DNA of 64,000 nucleotides from Perkinsus olseni (Eukaryota): NCBI GenBank assembly GCA_013115125.1, contig JABANN010000081.1, positions 1 to 64,000 of the forward strand, read 5' to 3'. Shown piece by piece: positions 27,695 to 38,800 of this stretch (position 1 is its first letter; each line of letters starts with the position of its first letter). The notes under the pieces were generated by a model. It saw only the letters and a program-made list of their open reading frames with translations, ran no database searches and was not told where the DNA came from. The position numbers and the translations under genes were made by a program.

Positions 27695-30451
27695 CTAAGT
27701 CGACTTTCGAGTAGTAGTGCAGGTAGTGGGTAGTTGGACTACAATATCAGCGGTGGTTGGTGTAGTGAAGAGGTTGTACGGGTTGTAGTGGCACTTCACC
27801 TCCTGCATGCGGTTATATACACCATTCGATAGCGGACCGAAATAGCGATACTTCCAATGGTCGGGCTGGACGTCTTGGCCGGGGAAGAACTTATCCTTCC
27901 AGGGCTCGACAGTCCATTGGTTACTGATGTAGTTTTGATAGCTTTCCTTAAGTGAACTGAACTGATCGATCGCAGCAAAGGCTTTGGCAGCCCAATTCGT
28001 GGAGGTCTCCTCGCCGGCAGAATCTCCTTTGTTCCACAAAGAGGAGACTTGAATATTCCATCCTTGATGACGATGGACGAAGGAAGTACATGGCCCGGCA
28101 CCAAAGCAGTCGGTGGGCTCATCCAACATCTTGCCGCCATAATATTCGAAAGTGATGATGCAGATGTTGCGGCCTTTCTGACACTCCGGCTGATGACTCA
28201 AATCCCAGATGGTATCCCAAAAGGAATCTGTCATGTCACTTTGACGGACGTAAACAGAATTACTCTTCCACGGTAAGTTTTCATTCAAACTCCAATCATA
28301 AGCCCAACAATTGTCCATGGCAGAAGTAGGATCAACACCAGTACCGGGATAGACAGCATCACTCGGACAGTCAGGGTCGGCCCATTTAGTGCACCCAGCC
28401 CACGACCAGGCACCATAAGCAGCATTGGTGAACTTCTGTGAGGGTTTGGTAATCCAAGTATTCACTTCTACTGCGGCGTCCACCTTCTCCATGGTCTCGT
28501 CACAATCAGTACAATCAGAAGTGATCGGGTCGCAGAGGCACATCCCTTCATAATGCATCTCGAAGTTGCTGTGGATCTTCACTTTACCCCAAAGGCCATT
28601 ACTGGACGGCTGATTGATCATAACATTTTGATAAGCCTTGGTCTTGGCAAGCACGTCGGCCTTCGACTTACTATTGGCTGCAACCTGATGACGGTAAATG
28701 TAGACCTTCTCACTGGCACGTATGGCACTGAGGTACCACTTAGTAACAACACCGTAGTTACCACCCATACCGCCGCGGAGGGCCTTCAACAGATCAGCAT
28801 GGTCGTTGGTCCGAGTAGCATGGACCATGTTAAAGGGGCCGCCATCTTCTTGTACTACGATATCAACAGCCATGACATGATCAGCCAACATACCCCACAT
28901 AGTGCTCGAGTATCCATAGGCCCCTCCTTGGGTTAGACCCGATACCGACACGGAAGGGCAGCTCCCTCCAATAATGCTCAGAGGAGGGTTGTGGTCATAC
29001 AGCCTCGTGTAGGCCTCCAACAACCTCGTCCCTGCACCTATCTTGGCTACATATTCACTACCAAGGAACCCACTGGGTTCCACTTCGACAGAAACAAACC
29101 GGTCCATCCTAATAACGATGCCATCCTGCACCGTACTCTGCCCGGCAAAGGAGTTTCCAGAGTCGCTCCGCACAACCACAGGGACATAGTAGTCAAAACA
29201 AATCTGCATGACCTGCTCAACCTCATGGTCGTTGCCAGGACTAACCACAGCAGCAGGGGTGATGCTGGTGTACTGCGGTATGAAAACCTCCGGCATATCC
29301 TTACCGGTAGTAACGTAAGCATCACCAATAGCAGCCCGAATGGCGCTAACAGCACCCTCTGGGTCAGGCGTACATGTACCACTCTGATAGCAATTAGTTG
29401 TAGTAGCTCTAGTACTGCTAGTAGTGGTCCTGGTGGTAGTAGCCATAGACGTTGTAGCAGTGGATTGCGAAGTCGTTGTGCTCGTGGTCATCTGTGAAGG
29501 CGAGCTGGTGGTCTCAACCGTAGTAGTAGCAGTCGAAGTCGTAGTAGTTAGCATCCCTGTTGTTGTAGTGGTGGTGGTATCAGAAGTAGTAGGACTCTTC
29601 CCAGTGGTAGTAGTAACCATCTGTGTGGTTGTTGTCGTTATCACAACATCATTACCACACCTAACCGTAGAGCCTTGACACACCGGTACACTATCCCAAG
29701 TCTTGCAGTAAGACCCGGGGCCCACTTCCCTTTGGCAATAAGCATCCCAGTCCACCGTTCCGCCACCGGTCGTGGTCGTAGCAGCACCAGTCGTGGTCGT
29801 GGCACCACCAGCCGTAGTCGTAGCAGCAGCAGTCGTAGTCCCTTCGCCAGTGGTTGACGGTCCAGCAGTAGTAGATGGCTCACTGGTGGTGACAGGGGAT
29901 GCAGCAGTTGTAGTGGTGACAACCACACCACCACCGCATCGCACAGTAGACCCCTGACACACCGGATACTGGTCCCAAGTCTTGCAATAGGACCCCGGCC
30001 CAACCTGGCCACGACAATAATCGTCCCAGTCAACAACATCGCTGGTCTCGGGACTCGCAGTAGTGCTTGAGGTAGGGTCACTGGAGGTCTGCTGACTGAC
30101 AGTAGTAGTAGAGAGTGGCGGCAAGCCGACAGTAGTGGTCGTGGGAACGGCCGAGCCTGGGCCACACTTAACCGCGGAACCGTGGCACACAGGGTTGTTA
30201 GTCCAACTCTTACAGTAGGAGTTGGCACCAACCTCATCGCGGCAATAAGCATCCCAATCGACCTCCTCGGCCACTCTTCGGCCGACACAACTACGGGAGC
30301 TGCCGTGGCAAACTGATCGTTGACAGTACGAATCAGCACCGACAAGGGTGCGACAATAGTCGTCTTGGACGGGTGATGATGAGAGACAGCAGGTGGCCAA
30401 AGCACACAGCAACAGAAATACTGTACACAGAGTCCGAGACATAGTGGACAT
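27695..30451 (-). CDS. Secreted BBE-like/AA7-type FAD-linked oxidoreductase, 4 Cys modules plus Thr-rich linkers
   Basis: 918-aa ORF with signal peptide and the same FAD and BBE motifs. C-terminal ~440 aa near-identical to 23210-25333. Confidence 0.92.
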   Translation of the reverse strand: MSTMSRTLCTVFLLLCALATCCLSSSPVQDDYCRTLVGADSYCQRSVCHGSSRSCVGRRVAEEVDWDAYCRDEVGANSYCKSWTNNPVCHGSAVKCGPGSAVPTTTTVGLPPLSTTTVSQQTSSDPTSSTTASPETSDVVDWDDYCRGQVGPGSYCKTWDQYPVCQGSTVRCGGGVVVTTTTAASPVTTSEPSTTAGPSTTGEGTTTAAATTTAGGATTTTGAATTTTGGGTVDWDAYCQREVGPGSYCKTWDSVPVCQGSTVRCGNDVVITTTTTQMVTTTTGKSPTTSDTTTTTTTGMLTTTTSTATTTVETTSSPSQMTTSTTTSQSTATTSMATTTRTTTSSTRATTTNCYQSGTCTPDPEGAVSAIRAAIGDAYVTTGKDMPEVFIPQYTSITPAAVVSPGNDHEVEQVMQICFDYYVPVVVRSDSGNSFAGQSTVQDGIVIRMDRFVSVEVEPSGFLGSEYVAKIGAGTRLLEAYTRLYDHNPPLSIIGGSCPSVSVSGLTQGGAYGYSSTMWGMLADHVMAVDIVVQEDGGPFNMVHATRTNDHADLLKALRGGMGGNYGVVTKWYLSAIRASEKVYIYRHQVAANSKSKADVLAKTKAYQNVMINQPSSNGLWGKVKIHSNFEMHYEGMCLCDPITSDCTDCDETMEKVDAAVEVNTWITKPSQKFTNAAYGAWSWAGCTKWADPDCPSDAVYPGTGVDPTSAMDNCWAYDWSLNENLPWKSNSVYVRQSDMTDSFWDTIWDLSHQPECQKGRNICIITFEYYGGKMLDEPTDCFGAGPCTSFVHRHQGWNIQVSSLWNKGDSAGEETSTNWAAKAFAAIDQFSSLKESYQNYISNQWTVEPWKDKFFPGQDVQPDHWKYRYFGPLSNGVYNRMQEVKCHYNPYNLFTTPTTADIVVQLPTTCTTTRKST

Positions 30452-31013
30452 AAGGAAAGGAACTAGGGACAGTCACATGTGGGAGCCGCAAACTCGACCG
30501 GTCAAGCGCTAGTGACGTTTAACAGTAATACAACCTTATGTAGAGAGGACGGTGAAACGTAGGTGAAGACCCTGGGGTGGTTCACTAGAAGGAGCCTGGA
30601 ACTGGTTTTCGCTGAGTTTATCGAAGGACCCGTCTAGTAGTTCACGCTAGACATAGCAGTCCAATAAACTCTACTGTTATCAACTTTTTGATTTAATTGT
30701 GTTCTAGCCCCCTCCGCTGAGGCTTATTGCTGTCACCGTCTCCGTTCGTTGTGACTAACCGACTGGTCTTGACCGTTCTCTCACGCATTCCTCGTTCGTC
30801 GCTGCTACGCCCGTCCTAGCGTCTCGAGACGAGAGAGTTGAAGGATCCTATTGAAGGACCCCTACCCGAGTTCAGGAGAGTTGGAGCCAGCAGAGCGGCA
30901 ACAAGAGAGATGGGGCGCTCATGCTCGACTTAGGGATGCACAGGTTCGCGCTTATACGCTGGCATTCATAGTAGTTTGTCAACGACATCGCTCTATCACA
31001 CTCGCGCTCTACA

Positions 31014-31050
31014 GTCACGCGCCACGAAATGTGGTCACGCGCCACGAAAT
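31014..31050. promoter_or_regulatory. Tandem GTCACGCGCCACGAAAT motif in the divergent intergenic region
   Basis: Two copies between head-to-head flavoenzyme genes. The core recurs near 5612 and 61094. Function is inferred only. Confidence 0.3.
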
Positions 31051-31314
31051 TTGCGTGGTGTGAGTACGCAAAGTTGCGGCGCACTTTCCGTCGTGACTCT
31101 AGCCTCGCTTGTGTAGGCTGTCCGGTAAATGTCATACCGTTGTAATTATGATCAGAAATTCTGATTCAGAATATGGTCAGGGATGAGCTAACTCGCTAGT
31201 AGAGGTTCCCTCACCGTACCTCTACGCTACTGCGATTCTTGAAATAGGATTATGGATTGGTGTGGTATGAGCTTAGCAATAACCAACTCATTTCAGTTGC
31301 ATTTTCCGGCCAAG

Positions 31315-33573
31315 ATGCTCCTCGTTTTAATCACACTGGTATCATCCTCCCTCCTTCTCTGTCCGTCGGCATACACTTCTACCACTACCGTAACCAACAC
31401 CGCTTTCTACCCTCCAGAGATCGCCCAGCCTTGGCATGAGTTCTGCCATGATTCGGTCAACGCCAGCTCCTACTGCAAGCTCAACCACGTTCCCTCTGTG
31501 TGCCAGTTCAGTCTGGTGCTCTGTGGTCCGAGCCTGTCGACGACTGACGGCACCCCATCGGATGCTCCCTCGCCGCCCACAACGACTTCGATTGCACCAC
31601 CTAGCGCTGAAAGCACAAGTGTTGATAGTAGTGTAGTTGTGAGCACTCCTGAGGTCCCGACTGCTGCATCGCCCTCTCCTCTCCCGACTACCCCTTCGAT
31701 TGTACCACTAACAACCACTAGTGTTGGTATTGAGACCAGTGAGAGTATCACCACTACTGAGATCTCTTCTACTAGCTATTCAGCCGACACCAGTGAGCCC
31801 GTGACCACAACTGAAGCTGCTCCTACGAATACTTCGGCAGTCGCCAGCACCGTCTATCCTACTACCGAGACTATTCCGACCCCAACGCCTGCAACAACGA
31901 CAGAGTCATGTGAGACATCTGGATCGTGTTCGCCAGATCCCGAAGGAGCTGTGAGGGCGTTGGCAGATCTGCTAGGCCCGGACTTCGTACTGACAGGCGG
32001 GTCTATGCCGCCCGTTTACATGGCGCAATACACCTACATCGCGCCAGCGGCTGTGGTGAGGCCTGGTGACTCCGACGACATCATCGGCATTCTTGGTATC
32101 GCTGTTGAGTACAGAGTCCCCGTCGTGGTGCGTAGTTACGCTGGCCATTCCTTTGCGGGTCAGAGCACTGTCCAAGATGGCATCGTCATCCTGATGGACA
32201 GATTCTCCTCAGTCGGCGTCCTTCCAGAAGGCTTCCTTGGGTCGTCGTACACCGCCGTGATTGGCGCTGGTACCAGGCTGCTCGACATCTACGTTGAGCT
32301 GATGCAGCACTCGCCGCCGCTGGGTGTGAGTGGTGGAAACTGCCCGTCCGTATCGATATCCGGTGTCACTATGGGAGGCGCTCATGGCTACTACGGCACA
32401 AAGTACGGTACTCTGGCTGATGCTGTGATCGCCGCTGACGTCGTGGTGAAAGATGGTGACACGTTCAAGCTTGTCACCGCTACTCGCGATGGTGACCACG
32501 CCGAGTTGCTGAAGGCTCTCAGGGGTGGTATGGGCGGTAACTACGGTGTTGTTGTCAACTGGTACATAGAGACCTTCCGGGCGAGCGAAACAGTGAATGT
32601 GTTTCGTCATAAGGTTGACCGTGGTGACAAGGATAAGGAAGAGGTTGTTGGTAAGACCCGAGCTTTCGAAGCGGCCGTTGTCGCTCAGCCTGGTGACGGG
32701 TTGTGGAGCAAGTTCAAGATCAAGGGAGGGTTTGAAATGAACTTCGAGGGTATGTGCATGTGCGAGCCTATCTCTAACGACTGCTCTGTGTGTGATGCTA
32801 GTATGGCTAGTATCGATGCTGCTCTGGACAAGGACAACTGGGTCAGCAAGCCCTCTGAGCTCACTACTGATCATGGCTATGCTACTTGGTCCTGGGCTGG
32901 GTGCACTCAATGGGCCGATCCTGAGGCTCCGTCTACTGCTGACTACCCCGGCGCTGGTGGTGACTTCGACGCGGCCAAGCAAGGCTGCTATGATTATGAC
33001 TGGTCTTTGAGTGCCAGTTCGCCGTGGAAGAGTATCTCCGTTTATATCAAGCACAGCGACGCTACAGAGTCTTTCTGGGACGCGGTTTGGGACGTTGTAC
33101 ACGAGCCCGAGTGTGAGAATCGCAATCTCTGTATTCTGACCTTCGAGTACTACGGTGGGAAGATGATCGAGGAACCACAGGATTGCTCCGGTGATGGCCC
33201 GTGCACTTCGTTTATTCATCGGAACAACGGTTGGAACATCCAGATCGCCTCCCTTTACTCCAAGGGGGACTCTGTCGGCGAGCAAGTGTCAACGTCGTGG
33301 GTTGCCAAGGCGTTTGCTGCTATTGATGCCAAGAGCTCGCTCCACACTAGCTACCAGAACTATCTCAGCAACCAATGGACTCTCCCGCCGTGGAGGGATG
33401 AGTACTTCCCTGGTCAGGACGTGGAGGCTGACCATTGGAAATATCGCTTCTTTGGTGACGGCCTTTACTCGAGATTACAACAAGTAAAGTGCCAGTATAA
33501 TCCTGATAATTTATTCGTAACTGCTGACACCTCCGACATTGTGGTACAGCTTCCTGATAGCTGCTCAACGTAG
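31315..33573 (+). CDS. Secreted BBE-like/AA7-type FAD-linked oxidoreductase, 1 Cys module plus S/T/P stalk
   Basis: Signal peptide MLLVLITLVSS. RSYAGHSFAGQS and GGNCPSV (His and Cys FAD-attachment motifs), YQNY, RLQQVKCQYNPDNLF. Confidence 0.92.
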   Translation: MLLVLITLVSSSLLLCPSAYTSTTTVTNTAFYPPEIAQPWHEFCHDSVNASSYCKLNHVPSVCQFSLVLCGPSLSTTDGTPSDAPSPPTTTSIAPPSAESTSVDSSVVVSTPEVPTAASPSPLPTTPSIVPLTTTSVGIETSESITTTEISSTSYSADTSEPVTTTEAAPTNTSAVASTVYPTTETIPTPTPATTTESCETSGSCSPDPEGAVRALADLLGPDFVLTGGSMPPVYMAQYTYIAPAAVVRPGDSDDIIGILGIAVEYRVPVVVRSYAGHSFAGQSTVQDGIVILMDRFSSVGVLPEGFLGSSYTAVIGAGTRLLDIYVELMQHSPPLGVSGGNCPSVSISGVTMGGAHGYYGTKYGTLADAVIAADVVVKDGDTFKLVTATRDGDHAELLKALRGGMGGNYGVVVNWYIETFRASETVNVFRHKVDRGDKDKEEVVGKTRAFEAAVVAQPGDGLWSKFKIKGGFEMNFEGMCMCEPISNDCSVCDASMASIDAALDKDNWVSKPSELTTDHGYATWSWAGCTQWADPEAPSTADYPGAGGDFDAAKQGCYDYDWSLSASSPWKSISVYIKHSDATESFWDAVWDVVHEPECENRNLCILTFEYYGGKMIEEPQDCSGDGPCTSFIHRNNGWNIQIASLYSKGDSVGEQVSTSWVAKAFAAIDAKSSLHTSYQNYLSNQWTLPPWRDEYFPGQDVEADHWKYRFFGDGLYSRLQQVKCQYNPDNLFVTADTSDIVVQLPDSCST

Positions 33574-36500
33574 TTTTCTCTTTGACTCGAGCTCTCCGAT
33601 CTTCTCGTGTATCTTTTTATGTAGCAATTCCATCTGCATCGAGTAGTGTGAGTTCTACTACCAATGAATGTAATTGTGATATGAACGTTTGAGTCTAATC
33701 ATCCTGAAGGATTCATAACCCTTGTGTGTGCGGAGTTGTGTATGACAGTTGCCCTGGGCAAGGAGATTCTTTCAAGGTTTGAGAGGCGATCACTTGGATC
33801 ACGAGGAGTGTCAGCTAACAGCGTTTGCAACCGTTGATTCGCCGCTTGCTGGGCGCTGAGCGTGAGCAGTGTGAACTTTTGCACTGTTCTACGCCTATCA
33901 ACCCGAGATAAGTCGACACGATAGGGTATGTGTAGTGGGTGTAGATCGATTGGGGAAATACCGTCGCGTGCAGTGATGGTAAGCTCGTACAGAGTCGTAG
34001 ATATGTTTTGGTGTCGTTACTTCCGTACTACTTCGGGCACGCGCTAGTTCGGAAACCAAATTACGATTTTGGTCTATTTCTAGTTGAAATTTTCAACTCG
34101 AGCAAGAAAAACCCGTGACGGTTAGAAAAGCTGTGCAATCGCATTGGCATGTTTTTGGCGAACTGCTCATGGAACGTACTCCAAATTGGTGTCTCCAATA
34201 CTGTCATATTGTGCGGCACAAGGCTACCCGAGTTCTCTCAATCTCAAAAACACAACCTATGTTCTGGCGGCTTCCATCTCTTCCCCTTCTCCGATGGCAT
34301 ACATTGTATTGTAATTTGTCAAATTATCTTCGGCGTGTAGGGAATATCCGCGAGGTTTGTCAGTGACAGGTTGCAACTTATCACCTATCTATTATCCGGG
34401 GCAACTCTGAGAAAGCGTGTGCTATGCCTTCGGAAGGTAGCAAGTTGCTACTAGCAACATATATTCTGTCAGCATACCTCGCTTAGATGACCTTCCCAGA
34501 GTATGTTCGAAGACCGTACCCACTCGCCTGTGCGCCTGGTCCAGCCGGCCTGGATGACAACAAGTATATCGGGTCTGAGGGCATGTATGGCTACTCTGGC
34601 GCTCAGCTGGGGGGCAGGCAAATTTGCTAAGACTAGCGTGCAGCTTCACTGTACAAAGTAGGTTTGCTCTGAATTTTCATACTATCTCAGTGATGGGCGA
34701 CTTTTGCTGTCTCGCCTGTATCACACATGGTGAGCATCACACGGCCGTCCGTTACTGTGATTTGGAACTGCTCGAGAAGAGATTGTACGCGTTTTGGTGC
34801 CCGAGTCGACACCGTATGTGAACTGTTCGGGTTGGTATACACGTGTGTGTGAGAGTTTATAGTCCAACGCCGGTTCCGGCTTAGTTAGACTCTTACCGAT
34901 GTGCACAGTTGGATACACTCTGTAGCGTTGATATGCAGTGCAATCAGATAGATTATCAATAGGTATACACGTGTTATGGTGTTGGAATTTCTAACTTGGA
35001 AATTGTTCAGCGACCCCGTCTAATTGGCAGTCCGAGAGGATTGCCGAAATCGACGCACTACAGCTTGAGATGAACTGGATATTCAGTAGAACTAGAGAGC
35101 AACATCATTGATCGCAGAAATAATGTCGGGTTGTGGTAGTGCGGTGGTGTTACACAAAGCTCATGTGGTTCTCGATGGCCATGACCGTAGTTGCATCCAG
35201 CAAGCGCACACAACGTGCTAGCTCATCGGGTAATAAGCTGAGTCAGCTGACCCAGCCTGACGCCAGCTTGACAGGGAGTCCTAGGGGGTTTATCAGGGAT
35301 GGTCTCTGAGAGACCTCTGATCACCGATTTGCTTCCTGCCAGGAAGTCCCTGGAGCACGACGATGACGACGACGACGAAACATCCTTAGAAGGGTCCTGA
35401 GCCGACGAAGGCTTGGTCACGAAGCACTGGAGATGAGCTAGAAATGCGTTCTATGCTATACTTCCCGCGATCTGAGACAAATGTAGCGTCCGGATCTGCC
35501 AAATCCTACACTACGAACATCGGATGCGGCGAAGCTACCTAGGTGGCTACCTAGCTACCGAGCTAAGCTCTCTTGTTCTCTGAAACTTACACGCTTGCTT
35601 CTAAAACAGCCCATCCCTGAGAGCATTCCTAGGTGACTGTTCCTTCCGACGGGCGTGTTGGGCGTAAGACTTACGCCATAAGTTACGCCACGTTATAAGC
35701 GAAAGGGCGCGATTTGGAGCTAATGAAGTGGGAACTAATGCAACTGGTCGAGCTATAACTCGTAGGTTACGTGACGTAACGGAAGTAAACGGTTCCGCCT
35801 GTGACGAGACTGCTTTCCGTGTTAACCATTGCCTGAACTAGATTGAGGTCCGGCCCAGCGGACATCTCACAATTGCCCGATACACAGCCAGCGACGGGCT
35901 TAGTCGATAGGTTTCGACGGGGGATGTGAACGCCGGCAGGGAGAAATCCTCGGCTCCGTACTCAACTGTGTTCACGGCATTTCTTCCGAAGAAATTCTTC
36001 GCCGGTTCGGTCCAAGTCTATTGCCATCGGCCTGTCCACCACAGGCAGTGATTAGTATTAGGCCGTATTTATCGGCAATGGCAGTGGTGTTGGAGTACTC
36101 TTCCCACGACTTGCATGTATCACCCCAACCGTGGTACTGTACGAGTATACCCTTGATCTCGGCCTCCTTACTAAGGAGTCCTTAGGGGGGATGTGGCGAT
36201 GATAATATCGGGTTAGATTGAGAGTAGCAGACACTGTCATGTTGAAGCTAAACTTTTCACTTCCTGGGATTACATCGTTATCCAGCTTTCTAGTCAGCGA
36301 ATCCCGGCGAGCCGAGACACGTCTTCCTTGAGCCGTTGGATAACCACAATCAACGACGCGAACATTTAGCTGAGGAACTTTGGCTGAGCGGTCTTGGCGG
36401 GGCTGATATATAACGGTATGGATGGTGTAGTTTTGGGGAAGTACACGAAGCTGGTTCTTGTGACTCACAAGAACCAGCTTCCAACTCACAAGTTGTGAGT

Positions 36501-36699
36501 TGTACCTGGAGCAGCCGAGGCCGATCCGGGATGCAGACTGACAAAGATCGTTTCGTGATGAAGGAAACTCAACTCGGAACCACCTTACCATCATCCAGGT
36601 GAGTCACATCATAGAGCTCGATCGCATTATAGGTTTCATCACTGACGTCTCCCCTTGAAGATGGACGATACATAACCTTCAGTGAAGGTCCTTCACGAT

Positions 36700-38800
36700 G
36701 CACTTAACTGAAGAGACTTGAGTAGCTGGAGACTCCACCTACTTCAGTCGCCTAAGTTCCTCTGTTATATCAGAAGTGGCCGCGCTCACTACCATGTGAT
36801 TCAAGAATACTGGCAGGCATTTTACTCTGAAAGGAAACCCCTTCAGGAAACCTCATATGATAAGGCTTGCAATTTCGCTACAGAAGCCAGACTCATCCAT
36901 CGAACTTTGGGTCCCGGAAACCGTTGATGCAGACATCAGGGATTGGTTCTAGGGCGCTGCCCTAAACCCTCCTGAGTGCCACTTGCACTCCCTCAACAAA
37001 TGCCTGAGCGCTCGTTGCAGCCAAGCAGAGCAGCGGTACGAGGTACTGGGAAGCAACGAGCATAATGTGGAAGACAATAACTCCGCCTATGAGCGCGGGT
37101 TGGAGGCAATCATTGGGAAACGGCGATGAGGCTAGAGACGCTTATTTGGTTTACTTTCATTCGGCGACTCCATATAGCGATCACGACCGGAGGATGTCAT
37201 CTCTCAAGAAAGATCGCGGCGTGTGTTCGCACACGAAGTGACTAGCACGCCACGGGAGCGCGCCCCCATATCTTTTGCGCCGTTTCGTGGGATGGGCAGC
37301 CGAAGGATTCTTGCAGGTTCTGAGACTGATCGGACTGCGACTGCGCGACTTTGATATGGTTGACCAGCTTCGTGGTACTTCGAATGAACTTCGTGGTACT
37401 TATTCGGTGAATAAGCATACGAGATATCAGACCGAAGTAGCACTCGTGTCTAGAAACGAGCTGCAGATGTACCCCATGCTGCATGGGCCATGCAGCATAG
37501 GCCCTATGCCATAGGGCGCACAGAATAGCTATGCAATACTGCCCGGCGAGAACTATTTCATAGAGGTTCACCGCACTACTCAGTCGGTTCAGTCCGAGCC
37601 TATTGTCATCGCGCCAGAGTTCCTCCCGGATGGAGAAGGAAAACAATTTCGAACACACTGGAGCGTGTGGTACTTCGCCTGAGTTCTAAGCAACTTGAAA
37701 AACTCAGGTACAGAGGGCTACTCATCGCTACTCTGAGCTGTTGGCGTAGGAACCGCTTACCAGCAGGGATCATGTCTGAGGTATGGGCAAGGTTGCAGAT
37801 CCCATTGGTCTCTGTTTTCTGGGAAAACGACTCGGCCAATAACTGTGCATCCGCACTCGATCGTAGTGGCGAAGAAGGCTATGCTTATCGAAGCTCACAA
37901 AGCCTATGGATAATAGGCTCTCTGGGCCACCTGCTGCAATTATGTGTTAAAGATGTATAACGTGGAGATGGTGAGCTCTGTACCATTGGATTGAACAGAA
38001 TTCATCAAATAAATTAGCGCTAGACGAAATCTCAAAGCTGGCACATGTGTCAGACACATTTGGAAATGACGGTTTCCTAGTCCACAACAGGCTGTTGTCA
38101 CCAGCTGCTGAGTAACTCGGCCTGAGCTTAGACATCCCCGACTACCGTGGTTTTCACACTACGGCTGAGCCGCTATCAGTGGAGCAAGAGGTGCAGAGAT
38201 TCGATATTCCTGCATATCGCAGTCTGACCACTGAATCAGTGGCACTGATGTTCCTACGACCGGATTTCATTCCGGCAGCCAAGTCAGTATTGGAGCAGCT
38301 GCTCGAACTGAAATCCCAGTGCCAGAGGGAATCTTCTCCCTGGCGCCCGCGAACACGAGCGTCTCGCCAACTGTGAGTCTACGAGGTTGGCGGTCCAAGT
38401 GGGTCAAGAGGTCGGTAAGTATTGAGCTGGTTTCCGCGTGGAATGCGTCGAACCAACAATGCTGCTGATGTTCTACAGAGCTCCATCGGAGTTTACTTCC
38501 CCATCCGCCACCATCCCGACATGAACACTTTCCTCGCCAACTTCGGATTTCACGAGAACTCCGTGCAGCCGGTTGATCGTAGTACTTCCGCTGGTAAACG
38601 CAGAAAAGTACCTGCATCCGCTGGTGAGCTCCTGTGTCTTCTTTCCTGTTCTATTATTGAGTGGTCAGGTTCTGCTCGGCGCAAAGTAAAATCTAAGGCT
38701 TCTGCAAAGACCAAGACTTCTACGGTTCCGAAGTGTACGCTGTTCAGTGGCATTGGTGGTAAAAGTCCAAGGTTTCCTCCCGGTACTACCGTTCGTTAGT
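36700..38800 (+). mobile_element. Degenerate Mutator-like (MULE) transposase remnant; boundaries approximate
   Basis: Ordered fragments GTYSVNKH (cf. DGTYxxN), IPLVSVF, GSLGHLLQ (cf. GCxFHxxQ), RRTNNAA..HHPDMNTFL (cf. RTNNxxE..HP). Many stops. Confidence 0.5.

Noticed and set aside
32209-33285. 358-aa antisense ORF and similar shadows over the flavoenzyme and F-box genes
   Set aside because: Opposite-strand artefacts of codon bias in well-supported genes.
34600-34820. Zinc-finger of a transposase (FCCLAC..H)
   Set aside because: Too short and degraded to support.
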